Under the pieces are notes generated by a model. That model was not told the origin of the DNA and searched no databases. It saw nothing but the letters and a program-made list of their open reading frames with translations. The translations under genes were made by a program, and so were the position numbers. A stretch of 64,000 bases of DNA from Rubripirellula sp. (lineage in GTDB: Bacteria; Planctomycetota; Planctomycetia; Pirellulales; Pirellulaceae), in assembly GCA_965216875.1 (NCBI GenBank), contig OZ244207.1, forward strand, positions 5,120,001-5,184,000, read 5' to 3'. Each line of letters starts with the position of its first letter. Within the stretch, counting starts at the first letter, position 1. Positions 1 through 9,489 of the stretch are shown one piece after another.

Positions 1-446
1 GGCAAATTCGCTGGTGCACTGGGTAATCCACGCGGGGGCAGCCCACGCGGAGCGACGATCGATTGCCCGGAATTGCTCGCTGGTGGCGAGACGGCCGGGC
101 CGGTTGGCAGACTGGGCGCCGACGGGGGTGGAACCTGCGTTGGCGCGATTTGCGACTCGGCTCCACCGGTTGGAAACTGGAAACCGCCTTGCTGCCACAT
201 CGCAACCTGCTGCACAGCGTCTTGCTGGGGTGCGGCTTGCGAGGCATTGGGAGCGGGCTGGAGCAGCACATTCCCGGCGGCCGGAGCTAGCTGGTGCGCT
301 GTCTCGTGGAGCGTTGGCGTTTGCCGGAATTGATCGACGGCACTCGGAGCACCGAGGGGTCGAAACCGCGACGAGGGAACCTGTCCCACGGCGGACGAGG
401 CCAAGGAAAACGTGCCCGCGATCAACAAAACACGTGCCAGCAACAT
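1..446 (-). CDS. Secreted Pro/Gln-rich hypothetical protein (5' part; runs off the window edge)
   Basis: Translated by hand from ATG at 446: MLLARVLLIAGTFSLASSAVGQVPSSRFRP...APQQDAVQQVAMWQQGG...PPPSAPSLP. It has a signal peptide and no stop before position 1. It is absent from the ORF track because it is truncated. Confidence 0.7.
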   Translation of the reverse strand, partial: MLLARVLLIAGTFSLASSAVGQVPSSRFRPLGAPSAVDQFRQTPTLHETAHQLAPAAGNVLLQPAPNASQAAPQQDAVQQVAMWQQGGFQFPTGGAESQIAPTQVPPPSAPSLPTGPAVSPPASNSGQSIVAPRGLPPRGLPSAPANL

Positions 447-553
447 CGATGCAACTCCAGAATCAACAAACAGGATTGTTCAATCTGGATGTACGAAGAG
501 CAGCCGAGGCATGTCAAGCTGGGTAGGGCTCCGCCGGCTACCAGGCTGCCAAA

Positions 554-680
554 CTGCGCGTCTCGAAAACACTCTCCCTTGGGAGAGTAGGCCCTAAGGC
601 CCGGAGAGGGCTTGTCTCATCAAGAGTATTTCCCTCGCCCGACTTTGCGTCCGACCCTCCCGCAAGTGGGAGGGTAATTG
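554..680. repeat. REP-like palindromic doublet (family F); inverted copy at 57915-58038
   Basis: Hairpins ACTCTCCCTTGGGAGAGT and CCCTCCCGCAAGTGGGAGGG; the reverse-complement-similar copy lies 57 kb away. Confidence 0.8.
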
Positions 681-682
681 CT

Positions 683-739
683 CCCGCCTTTTCTTAGGCG
701 GAAGAGCCAAGAGGACCGCCTGAAGACGGTACTACGAAC
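683..739. repeat. REP-like element (family C, GTAGTACC...CCGCCTAA..GGCGGGA), reverse orientation
   Basis: Its reverse complement resembles the elements at 36863-36930 and 45812-45875. Confidence 0.6.
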
Positions 740-758
740 AAGAGAGCGTTCGTCGCAA

Positions 759-1049
759 CTAGCGACCGAGAACGGGTGGGACGAGGAAGCTGTCATCGTC
801 CCGAGCGGGGGCATTTTGAAGGGCCTGGTCGTTACTCAAACTCTCAACCTGCTCATCGGCTCGCCAGCGATTGTCGACGTCCAGCGCGGTCGTCATCGGC
901 TCGACCTCTTCGGTATCGAGCTCGGAGAGCTGTTTGACAAAGCCTAGAATGCTATCAAGCTGCGGGCCCATTGTGGAAATCTCTTCGTCGGAGAGCTCCA
1001 GTCGGGCCAACAGGGCGAGGTTTCGAACGTCGTTTTCTGAAAGCGACAC
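759..1049 (-). CDS. gatC: Asp/Glu-tRNA amidotransferase subunit C
   Basis: VRNLALLARLEL...ILGFVKQLSELDTEEVEP...R.DE...ALQNAP...FLVPPVL. Confidence 0.95.
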   Translation of the reverse strand: MSLSENDVRNLALLARLELSDEEISTMGPQLDSILGFVKQLSELDTEEVEPMTTALDVDNRWRADEQVESLSNDQALQNAPARDDDSFLVPPVLGR

Positions 1050-1068
1050 AGAAATCTCTCGTGGTTAG

Positions 1069-1335
1069 CTATTTGGCGCCACTGACGTCGAACGGCTTCA
1101 CTTTGACCGTTTTGCGAACGGCACCGCTGCGAATGCACTGAGTGCAGACGCGCATGGTCTTGTTTTCGCCGTTGGGCATGGTGACGTGGACGCGTTGCAG
1201 GTTCGGGACAAATTTGCGGCGCGTGATTCCAGTGATCTTGGTACCGACCCCTCCGAGGTATTTTGCCTTACCGCGGGTTTCGACTCGGTTGCCCATCTGG
1301 ACTTTTTTTCCACAGACTTCGCACTGTCGTGCCAT
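1069..1335 (-). CDS. rpmB: 50S ribosomal protein L28 (Cys-containing form)
   Basis: MARQCEVCGKK...TRRKFVPNLQRV...VCTQCIRSG; start adjusted to ATG 1335. Confidence 0.97.
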   Translation of the reverse strand: MARQCEVCGKKVQMGNRVETRGKAKYLGGVGTKITGITRRKFVPNLQRVHVTMPNGENKTMRVCTQCIRSGAVRKTVKVKPFDVSGAK

Positions 1336-1678
1336 CGGATTTCTCGTCTGATCAGGTGTATTTCTGCTTGGTTTTCTGTGTGGGAAGCCCGGCAATATAC
1401 AGACCACGTCGCAAATCTGGAACCGCTACTGAGCAATTTCTGCAACTTAACAATCCGGCTCGCGAAAACGGGGCCCGGACGCTTTTTCGCCCTGGTTGCT
1501 GCGGTCACTTGAAGCGAGTCCCCGACTCCCTTTTCGTTTGCTCACCCCCCTGCGGGGCAGCGGTTAAGTCAAAGTTAGGCGAATGAGCTCAAGTTGCTCG
1601 CCAGAAACGACGATGGACCGAACATTCCTCCTAATCGTCAAACTTTGACAGCCGCTACCTTCCACCAAGCGCACTGCC

Positions 1679-2197
1679 ATGTCCCCGATTTCCAAACGCC
1701 TCGCCCAACTCGTCGTCCTCTCGATGCTGGCCATCGGTTCGACGGGCTGCCAAACGTTCAACCTGGACAAGGCCTTTTCGCTTCACGGCAATGACGAGCG
1801 GTATGTGGGGCTCGAACCCGCCTTCGCCGGTGACCAAGCCGAAGAGATCTATCACAAGGTCCGGCAAGCGGCCGCTTCCAACTCGATCGTGCTGAACGTG
1901 ATCGGGGACAGCGAAGTCCGTGTCCTGCCACTGCCACCGGGGCAAAAGTCGGTCTTCGTCAGCAACCTGCTCAAGGACACCGGCGTGCTGAAGAAACTCG
2001 GAACGATCGACGCGGTCATGTACCGACACTCCAAAGACACGATCGGCGGCATCCGGATGAACGTCCAGATGACCAACGACAAACGCACGGTCCGCCCAGA
2101 GAGCGACTACGCGCTCAAACCGGGTGATCGGCTTGAGGTTCGCAAGGCAACCCATCCGACGATCGACAAGTTGATCGAAATGGCGATCGGAGTTTAG
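1679..2197 (+). CDS. Hypothetical lipoprotein
   Basis: Signal peptide ending STGC (lipobox-like); C-terminal DYALKPGDRLEV resembles a beta-grasp/SLBB end. Confidence 0.75.
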   Translation: MSPISKRLAQLVVLSMLAIGSTGCQTFNLDKAFSLHGNDERYVGLEPAFAGDQAEEIYHKVRQAAASNSIVLNVIGDSEVRVLPLPPGQKSVFVSNLLKDTGVLKKLGTIDAVMYRHSKDTIGGIRMNVQMTNDKRTVRPESDYALKPGDRLEVRKATHPTIDKLIEMAIGV

Positions 2198-2202
2198 CCA
2201 AC

Positions 2203-2235
2203 AAAAAACCGCACCGTCCGAAACGAACGATGCGG
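2203..2235 (-). terminator. Rho-independent terminator of the DUF1080 gene
   Basis: Minus strand CCGCATCGTTCG-TTT-CGGACGGTGCGG followed by T6, between convergent genes. Confidence 0.6.
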
Positions 2236-2280
2236 CCTCGTTGTCTTTGATGACCGTCTCTGATGGCCTCAGGGCCAACC

Positions 2281-2925
2281 TCAGTCGAGAGGCTTCACGC
2301 GAAGGTTGCGGAAGTAGACCTTGCTTTCGGGGTCGTGAGCTTGCAAGGCGAATGTGCCTTCACCGATCAAGCGTTGGAAGCCACCCTGGGCAGGTTGCTG
2401 GCCGTCGGGTTCGGTGTAATCGACCATCGTCTTACCGTTGAGGATCAACTTGACGTTCTTGCCTTTGACGATGATTTCCTGGGTGTACCATTCGTTGTCT
2501 TTGACACCCGGATCGGCCACGTTGATGACGCCGTAAAGGCTGCTCGTTTTCTTGGGGTCTTTGTGCGACACATTGACCTGGCACTCAAAACCTTGCTTGG
2601 GCCAGTTTTCAGCTTGGTACTTGGTGTGGAAATAGATGCCAGCGTTGCTGCCAGGCGTTGTCATCACTTCAGCTTTGAAGTGAAAGTTCTTGAGAGGTGC
2701 GAGGTCACCATCGTAGAAAAGGTGACATCGCGGGCCATCGCAGACGAGCATTCCGTCGACGACCTTCCAGCTTTCGGGATTCTCTTCGGCCTTCTTCCAG
2801 CCATCGAGCGACTTGCCGTCAAAGAGTGCGACAAAACCATCTTCGGTTGCTGGCTTGTCAGCAGCAGCAGGAACAGCAACGACGGCTGCAACGAGAGCCA
2901 ACAGGGTGCAAAGGATCTTGTTCAT
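2281..2925 (-). CDS. DUF1080 (3-keto-disaccharide hydrolase-like) secreted protein
   Basis: Signal peptide, GFVALFDGKSLDGW, NAGIYF, FECQV, EWYTQEI, ALQAHD...VYFRNLRVKPL. Confidence 0.9.
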   Translation of the reverse strand: MNKILCTLLALVAAVVAVPAAADKPATEDGFVALFDGKSLDGWKKAEENPESWKVVDGMLVCDGPRCHLFYDGDLAPLKNFHFKAEVMTTPGSNAGIYFHTKYQAENWPKQGFECQVNVSHKDPKKTSSLYGVINVADPGVKDNEWYTQEIIVKGKNVKLILNGKTMVDYTEPDGQQPAQGGFQRLIGEGTFALQAHDPESKVYFRNLRVKPLD

Positions 2926-3052
2926 AGGGAGGTGTTTCGTTGTGGTGGGTGTTGTGGGGTGGGAAAAGAAAACCGCTTGCTGACACAGGGCCGGCAAGCG
3001 GTTTTCAGTATTCAAATGCAAGCCACTTGATTCAAACGCTAGCCACTGGGAC

Positions 3053-3451
3053 TTAGCCGTCCAAACCAGCGTCGGTCGCAGGCAGTTCGCCCGCTTTGAT
3101 CTTTTCGCCGAAGGTCTTGCCGTCCGAGCTCTTCATCTCGTTGGTCTTCTTGATGCCTTCCAAGATCTTCTTCTTTGCTTCTTCTGGATTCTCCTTCACC
3201 CAATCTTTGGGGAAGTCTTTCGAGTCCAGGAACTTGTGCATGGCTTTGCCATACTCGTTGCGAGCTTCGTCTTTCTTCTTGCCTTTGACGTGGCAGATAT
3301 AACAGCCAGCCTTGCGACCCTTCTTTTTGAATTCGTCGCTGGCTTCCTCGCCCAAGTACTCGTTCTTCCATTGCTTGCTGAACTCGCTGATACCCATCGC
3401 AGGTGTCGCGAACAACAGAAGACAGCCCAACAGCATTGCCAATCGTTTCAT
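3053..3451 (-). CDS. Secreted monoheme c-type cytochrome-like protein
   Basis: Signal peptide and a single CYICH motif followed by RNEYG. Confidence 0.75.
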   Translation of the reverse strand: MKRLAMLLGCLLLFATPAMGISEFSKQWKNEYLGEEASDEFKKKGRKAGCYICHVKGKKKDEARNEYGKAMHKFLDSKDFPKDWVKENPEEAKKKILEGIKKTNEMKSSDGKTFGEKIKAGELPATDAGLDG

Positions 3452-3704
3452 TAATCTCTCCGGGGGTGATTAAAGCATCCCCGCTCCAGCAACCGGGCGA
3501 ACGGGGTCATTTCAGGTGGGTGGGTAGACTCGTAGGAATCAACCTCACAGGGGGATCACTCGGACCTACGAATCCATGGCGAATCGGCAGACATCTCACG
3601 CGTTTGGTCGACGGCGAGTCCGATTGAATCGTCCAATCGGCGTCCTAGCCTCGATCGCTCTACCCCCAATTAAGTCTCACCGAGGTCGAAAAGTCAAATC
3701 AGCT

Positions 3705-6575
3705 TCACAATTCCCTTGGTAAAACCGAACCGTCCGAGACCGTTGCGTTTGCTCCCGATCCCAGCCCAATTGCTTCCATATTCGGCAAAATCGGCAGCAA
3801 AGCCTCCGAAAATCCACCTCTCACCGCCCCATCGAGCCTGTAATCGGACGGAGCCAATTGGTTGGGAGACGCGTCAGAAAGCCGCCGTGAGAGCCAATAA
3901 ACTTTCCACCGCGGCGACACTTCGTCGGGCCATCGTTGCGACAAATCGTTGAATCGAGCCAGTTCTTCACCCTGGGTGTCCCGAATCACCATCAGCGGGG
4001 CGGCGAGCGTCGCGTCGGTGTCATACGAGTTGCTCGAGCCACGCAACTGCAGCAATGACGAATCGAGTGCGAACAGGTCGGGCGCGACAAACTCAAAGTG
4101 AGGCTCGTCCCGCTCGACAACAAAAACACAATCCTGAGCGAATCGATCGACGGCCACCGGAAACGCTCCGTTGGCTCGCAACCACATCCGCAGGATTCCC
4201 TTGCCGGTGTGCGAGGTCAACCGAGTGAACTGCAATTGAATCGGTGGTGATGTCGGCGAAAGTTCGACGTTGGCTCCGGTCGTGTCGATCATCAAGTCCG
4301 AAATCGCGAGCAGGCCGTTGTCCCACGAAACCTGCAAGGCAACAGCGGGCTCCATCCGAATCATCCCCGCCTGACCGCGAATGATGACGTTGTTGAGTTC
4401 GATACCAACAAGCGGTAGGCCTCGATCTTCCGATTCGTCAGCGTCTTCCGACCCAAGGATTTCAAACGCGTAGACCTGCTCACGCTGGGCGGGATTGTCA
4501 ATCGTGACACTGCAATCTGTCATTCGAACTGACGGTGAATACCCCACTTCAAAGAGCGTTCCGCCAGTGCTTTGCCCGCTCGGGACTCGCCACACAAAGT
4601 GCAGATCTTCTAACTCGATGCGGTGATCACCAAGGTTGAGCATCGACAATCGGTCACCATCGATCGACTCTTCCGGTTGAAACACGATCACGCTCCCACC
4701 GGCTACCGACGAGGTGACACGGTGATTCTCACGAAACACCGTCGATGCCTCACAGTAGAGGACCGGAACGGCGATTTCGATGTGATCAACGCCGTACTGA
4801 TCGGCCAATTCAAACGCGTCGGCGAGTTTTGTCGCCAAGACGGCGCCATCCGAGTCGCGGCCCCCGCCAAACGTCACTTCCGAAGCGACCACTCGGATCG
4901 CGGGTGGCCGAACCGTTTCGAACGGATCAAGCATCACCGAGCCGTCGTTGTCGCTCGCTTCGTCTTGCGCAAACGCTGGACCTTGCTCGACGGTTTCTTG
5001 GTCGCCGGTCGCTCCGCCATTGGTTTCTTCCCTGACCTCTGGCGCGGCGGGCGGCTCTTGGACGCCATTCGGACTCGACTCGTTGCCTTCCTCGTTGCGG
5101 TCAGCTGCGCCGTTGGCTGGCCGCCCTGTGTTTGTGACTTCGTCAGTGCCCTGGGCCGAGGGCTGATCGCCCTCGGATGATGAAGCAGGGATCGGTGGTG
5201 GAGGTGGAACGGTTTTCGTTGACTTCTCGAGCTTGACCGCCGTATCGGGAACGGTCAATTCTTGTTGCGACGCAAGCGAATCGAGATGCAACCATCCGAC
5301 GGTCGCCAGCAACAAAGTCAGCGCCACCACCCACGGAGCGTGAGTTTCCAACCACTCGACAATCGGATTGGGTTGGCGAATCGCGACGGGGCCAATCGCT
5401 TGACTGCGAGTCAATCCATCGAGAAACGCCACTTCTCGCAAGTCGGCGATCAGATCGTCAGCCGTTTGATAACGATCGGCCGGGTTTTTGGCGAGCATCT
5501 TCTGGATCACCGCCATCAGTTCGTCGCTCACCTCGCCACGAAGTTCGCGCGCGTCTGGTGGCGGAGCGTTTCCGTGACTGAGTAGTTTTTGCAGCATCGT
5601 TCCGCCCGGATAAGGCGGACGCCCGGTCAACATGAAATAGAGCGTGCAACCGAGCGAGTAAATGTCGCTTCGCAAATCAGCATCGCGCGGATCGCGTGCC
5701 TGTTCGGGCGAGATGTAGTCGAACGTCCCGAGCGTGACGCCACTGGCCGTCATGTCCTCGCTGATCTCAAAGTTCTCGGAACGAGCCAAGCCCATGTCCA
5801 CGAGCTTGATCTTGTCTTCGTCACCGATCAACACGTTCGATGGTTTGATGTCGCGGTGCACGATGCCGCGATCCGACGCATGTTGCAACGCCGCGGCAAG
5901 CTGACAGGTGTAAAAGACCGCGTCATCAATTGGCAGCACGCCGCCATTGATCACCATGTCACGAATGTTCGTTCCGCGAATGTACTCGAAAACGATGTAG
6001 TGCCATTCACCATCGTTGCCGACATCGAACACACGCGCAATGCGTGGGTGGTCAAGCTTCGCCGCACTTTGCGCTTCATTCCGAAACCGACGCTGCAAGT
6101 CGGGGTCATCACCGACAAACGGAATCACCTTAATCGCAACGACACGATCAAGCTGTTCATCGCGGGCGCGAAACACGGCGCCCATGCCACCGCCACCAAT
6201 CAACTCTTCCAAGTAGAAATGGTTCAGACGCTGACCAAGCAATACCTTTGCCACCGTGGCAGGCGAACGTTCCACATGGTCGCCTGCACGTTTGATCGCG
6301 CGAGACGACCCACGAATCACCGTCTTGGCTTGCTCAAGCTGCTGATCTTCGAGCTGGTCTTTGATGGCGCTGCCGCCGCTGCGTTGACTGTCCGATTCGC
6401 CCGAGGCCCCGCTGGCAGAGCCCGGTGTCCCGCTGGCAGAACCCGGTGTCGCCTCGGATGAGGCAGGAGTCGATTCGCGGCGCGCGGTTTCATCGTCGCT
6501 ACCCAAGCCAGCAGCGTCAGGACTTCGGTGCACCGTCGAAGCTTCAGGTCGGATCGAATCGTCTTCGGACGCCAT
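3705..6575 (-). CDS. Membrane Hanks-type Ser/Thr protein kinase with a large C-terminal domain
   Basis: IGGGGMGAVF, VAIK, HRDIKPSN, DMGLA, GTFDYISPEQ; TM segment WVVALTLLLATVGW. Confidence 0.93.
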   Translation of the reverse strand: MASEDDSIRPEASTVHRSPDAAGLGSDDETARRESTPASSEATPGSASGTPGSASGASGESDSQRSGGSAIKDQLEDQQLEQAKTVIRGSSRAIKRAGDHVERSPATVAKVLLGQRLNHFYLEELIGGGGMGAVFRARDEQLDRVVAIKVIPFVGDDPDLQRRFRNEAQSAAKLDHPRIARVFDVGNDGEWHYIVFEYIRGTNIRDMVINGGVLPIDDAVFYTCQLAAALQHASDRGIVHRDIKPSNVLIGDEDKIKLVDMGLARSENFEISEDMTASGVTLGTFDYISPEQARDPRDADLRSDIYSLGCTLYFMLTGRPPYPGGTMLQKLLSHGNAPPPDARELRGEVSDELMAVIQKMLAKNPADRYQTADDLIADLREVAFLDGLTRSQAIGPVAIRQPNPIVEWLETHAPWVVALTLLLATVGWLHLDSLASQQELTVPDTAVKLEKSTKTVPPPPPIPASSSEGDQPSAQGTDEVTNTGRPANGAADRNEEGNESSPNGVQEPPAAPEVREETNGGATGDQETVEQGPAFAQDEASDNDGSVMLDPFETVRPPAIRVVASEVTFGGGRDSDGAVLATKLADAFELADQYGVDHIEIAVPVLYCEASTVFRENHRVTSSVAGGSVIVFQPEESIDGDRLSMLNLGDHRIELEDLHFVWRVPSGQSTGGTLFEVGYSPSVRMTDCSVTIDNPAQREQVYAFEILGSEDADESEDRGLPLVGIELNNVIIRGQAGMIRMEPAVALQVSWDNGLLAISDLMIDTTGANVELSPTSPPIQLQFTRLTSHTGKGILRMWLRANGAFPVAVDRFAQDCVFVVERDEPHFEFVAPDLFALDSSLLQLRGSSNSYDTDATLAAPLMVIRDTQGEELARFNDLSQRWPDEVSPRWKVYWLSRRLSDASPNQLAPSDYRLDGAVRGGFSEALLPILPNMEAIGLGSGANATVSDGSVLPREL

Positions 6576-6834
6576 CACAGAAAACACATCACCGAAGTGA
6601 GGTGTTCATTCCATAGCTCGCTTTGTCAAAGAAAAGAAAGGTCTACCCAATACCGAGCTCAAACCAACGGCTGCGCGATGTGCGAGTGCGTTGTCTGAAC
6701 CTGTTCTGGGCGGGTCGCGGCCACGCCATCAGTCTAGTTTCATCGTAAAACACGGTCAACAAATCCGCACGGTTGCAGGTAACATGTGCGGTGAATCGCA
6801 CGTCGCTTCCTCACCACTCCCACCTGTATCAATC

Positions 6835-8211
6835 GTGACGATTATCCCCACCCTCTGCTCACGAATCCTGTTCGTTCTCTCCACCACTTTCTTGGCGTTT
6901 GGAGCACCAATCGAAGGGGCCGAGCCGACTGCGGCCAGCCCATCGCAGAACATCCTCTTGATCATCGTCGACGATCTGGGTTTTGGTGATTTGTCATGCC
7001 AGGGTGCCGAGGATCTCAAGACGCCCCACCTCGACAACCTCATTGCTGACTCTCTCAAGCTCAATCGGCTCTACGCAAACTGCCCCGTTTGTTCGCCCAC
7101 CCGTGCATCCGTCATCACAGGCTGCTACCCCGACCGCGTGGGTGTACCGGGCGTCATTCGAACACACGACACCAATAGTTGGGGATACTTTCAACCGGGC
7201 GCCGCCACACTGCCGCAGCAGCTTGATGACCTGAACTACAAGACAGGCGCGATCGGCAAGTGGCATCTCGGCCTACGAGAAGAAAACCACCCACTGCATC
7301 GCGGTTTCGATTTCTTCAAGGGTTTTCTCGGCGACATGATGGACGACTACTACCATCATCGTCGCCACAACGTGAACTACATGCGGGAAGGCCACAAGAC
7401 GATCGAGCCCAAAGGTCACGCGACTGACCTCTTTTCTGATTGGGCGATCGACTTTGTTCAATCCAACCGATCGAACGAACAGCCATGGTTCCTGTACCTC
7501 GCCTACAACGCTCCGCACACGCCCATTCAACCGCCCGAGGATTGGCTCGCAAAAGTCAAGAAACGTCAACCTGAGATCAGCGACCAACGCGCGAAATTGG
7601 TTGCCTTGATTGAGCACATGGACGCGGGAATTGGTCGAGTCATCGATGCGCTGCATTCATCGGACCAATACAACGAGACGATGATCGTCTTCACCAGCGA
7701 CAACGGTGGCCAAGTCAATGTTGGCGCTAACAACGGACCGCTTCGTGATGGCAAGCAATCGATGTACGAGGGAGGCCTTCGTATCCCCGGCAGTATCCGG
7801 ATCCCAGGCCGAACTCAAAGCGGATCATCAACCGATGATGTCTGCGCAACCATGGACTTTTTGCCAACGCTTGTCGAAGCCGCCGGCGGAAAACCGACCG
7901 GTGACCTCGACGGACGCTCGCTGTTGCCTCTAGTAGACGATCCAACGGCAACGCTCCCGCTACGCGAACTCTACTTCGTTCGCCGTGAAGGCGGCACACG
8001 CTACGCTGGCATGACGATCGAAGCTTTGCTCTATGACAACTTCAAACTCGTCCACAACCTGCCCACTCAAGAACTCGAGTTGTTTCATCTCGGCGACGAT
8101 CCGATGGAAACAAACAATCTGGCCACCAAGCAACCCAAAGTCTTTCGCGAAATGGTTCGCCAGATGCAACGGCACATCCAACGGGGCGGCCGCGTGAGCT
8201 GGCAGAAGTGA
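6835..8211 (+). CDS. Arylsulfatase family protein (start uncertain: 6691, 6784 or 6835)
   Basis: NILLIIVDDLG, CSPTR formylglycine motif, GKWHLG, FTSDNG, YEGGLRIP. Confidence 0.93.
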   Translation: MTIIPTLCSRILFVLSTTFLAFGAPIEGAEPTAASPSQNILLIIVDDLGFGDLSCQGAEDLKTPHLDNLIADSLKLNRLYANCPVCSPTRASVITGCYPDRVGVPGVIRTHDTNSWGYFQPGAATLPQQLDDLNYKTGAIGKWHLGLREENHPLHRGFDFFKGFLGDMMDDYYHHRRHNVNYMREGHKTIEPKGHATDLFSDWAIDFVQSNRSNEQPWFLYLAYNAPHTPIQPPEDWLAKVKKRQPEISDQRAKLVALIEHMDAGIGRVIDALHSSDQYNETMIVFTSDNGGQVNVGANNGPLRDGKQSMYEGGLRIPGSIRIPGRTQSGSSTDDVCATMDFLPTLVEAAGGKPTGDLDGRSLLPLVDDPTATLPLRELYFVRREGGTRYAGMTIEALLYDNFKLVHNLPTQELELFHLGDDPMETNNLATKQPKVFREMVRQMQRHIQRGGRVSWQK

Positions 8212-8242
8212 CGGAGCGTTAGAGGACCTCTGACCGACTCAC

Positions 8243-8293
8243 CGTAGCTACCTTCGCCAGAAGGTGGTTCCACGCTCTGGCGAGCGTAGCTAC
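8243..8293. repeat. GTAG-type REP doublet (family A)
   Basis: CGTAGCTACCTTCGCCAGAAGGTGG..CCACGCTCTGGCGAGCGTAGCTAC; copies at 19274, 45645 and 46925. Confidence 0.85.
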
Positions 8294-8349
8294 AAAGACA
8301 TAGGTCCCGATGCAATTTGGCGCGTTCGGCTCACAAACGCCAGCCATCC

Positions 8350-9486
8350 TCATTGTGCCTGCAACAACTCGTCCTCGAGGAGATGGCAATACGCGTCGTA
8401 ACGCCGCGCATCGATGCGACCGTCGGCCACCGCGTCTTTGACGGCACAATCGTCTTCAGTCAAATGCAAACAATCGGGATAGCGACACTGATTGACGTAA
8501 GGCCGCACGTCCCGCATCAGGCCAGCAACTTCGTTGGCCGCGATGTCCCACAACTGAAACTGGCGGATGCCCGGCGTGTCAAAGACAGCCCCGCCTCCTT
8601 CGGTCGGAATCAGCTGCGCCGCCGTTGTGGTATGTCGGCCCTTATTGTTGTCACGGCTCACTTCCGCCACGGCCAAACCCAAACCAGGTTGAATCGCATT
8701 GAGCAAACTGCTCTTGCCAACACCACTCTGGCCGGCAAGTGCCGTTTGTTTCCCGTCAAGCAACGCGCGAAGGTATTCGACGTTGGTGCCCGTCTCGGCG
8801 GACGTCGTCAGGACGCGGTATCCCATACTTGCGTAGACACCAAGCATTGGTTGTAGCGCCACAGGATCGACCAAATCGACTTTGTTGATGACCACAACAG
8901 GCTGAACTTCGCACTGCTCGGCGGTCAACAAGAATCGGTCGATCAAACCGAGTTTGAGAGAGGGTTGTTGAGCGCTGGCGATGATCAATAAGTAATCGAC
9001 ATTCGCCACGATGACGTGTTGTCGACCGCGACTCGCACGGCAGATCAGTCCATGACGTGGCTCGATCTGTTCGATCATTCCGTCACGCGGCGATTCGGCA
9101 CGCAACTTCACGCGGTCGCCCGCGACAACCACGTTGCGCTGCTCGATCGAAAGCGACTTGAGAACCTGCCTCACAGCACAGTCGTACATTTCGCCATCGT
9201 CGCCAAGAACGCGGCTTTTCAGCCCATGAACACTGATGACACGTCCGGTGATGAGTGGCGAATCAGACGAATTGCCGCCGTTGGCAGCGGTCGATTCATC
9301 GTTTTCGACGACCGTCCGTTTTCGAGTCAGCTCGCCTTTGCCACTGACTCGTTCACCCTGCGAGATGTCGGCCAAGTCATCTTGGTCGCCACCAGTGAAT
9401 TGACGCGTCAGGTCTCCTTTACGAACGCGCCCTTGGTACTTCTTTCGAAAGTCAGCGCGTCGTTTCGAGCCTTTCTTTTTCCCCAT
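8350..9486 (-). CDS. rsgA: Ribosome small subunit-dependent GTPase A
   Basis: [27 protein letters not shown], and a C-terminal C..C.H..C zinc motif. Confidence 0.96.
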   Translation of the reverse strand: MGKKKGSKRRADFRKKYQGRVRKGDLTRQFTGGDQDDLADISQGERVSGKGELTRKRTVVENDESTAANGGNSSDSPLITGRVISVHGLKSRVLGDDGEMYDCAVRQVLKSLSIEQRNVVVAGDRVKLRAESPRDGMIEQIEPRHGLICRASRGRQHVIVANVDYLLIIASAQQPSLKLGLIDRFLLTAEQCEVQPVVVINKVDLVDPVALQPMLGVYASMGYRVLTTSAETGTNVEYLRALLDGKQTALAGQSGVGKSSLLNAIQPGLGLAVAEVSRDNNKGRHTTTAAQLIPTEGGGAVFDTPGIRQFQLWDIAANEVAGLMRDVRPYVNQCRYPDCLHLTEDDCAVKDAVADGRIDARRYDAYCHLLEDELLQAQ

Positions 9487-9489
9487 GCT

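Noticed and set aside
14..597. Several plus-strand ORFs, one Cys-rich
   Set aside because: Shadows of the minus-strand Gln/Pro-rich secreted protein; CAG/CAA codons read as Cys/Leu on the other strand.
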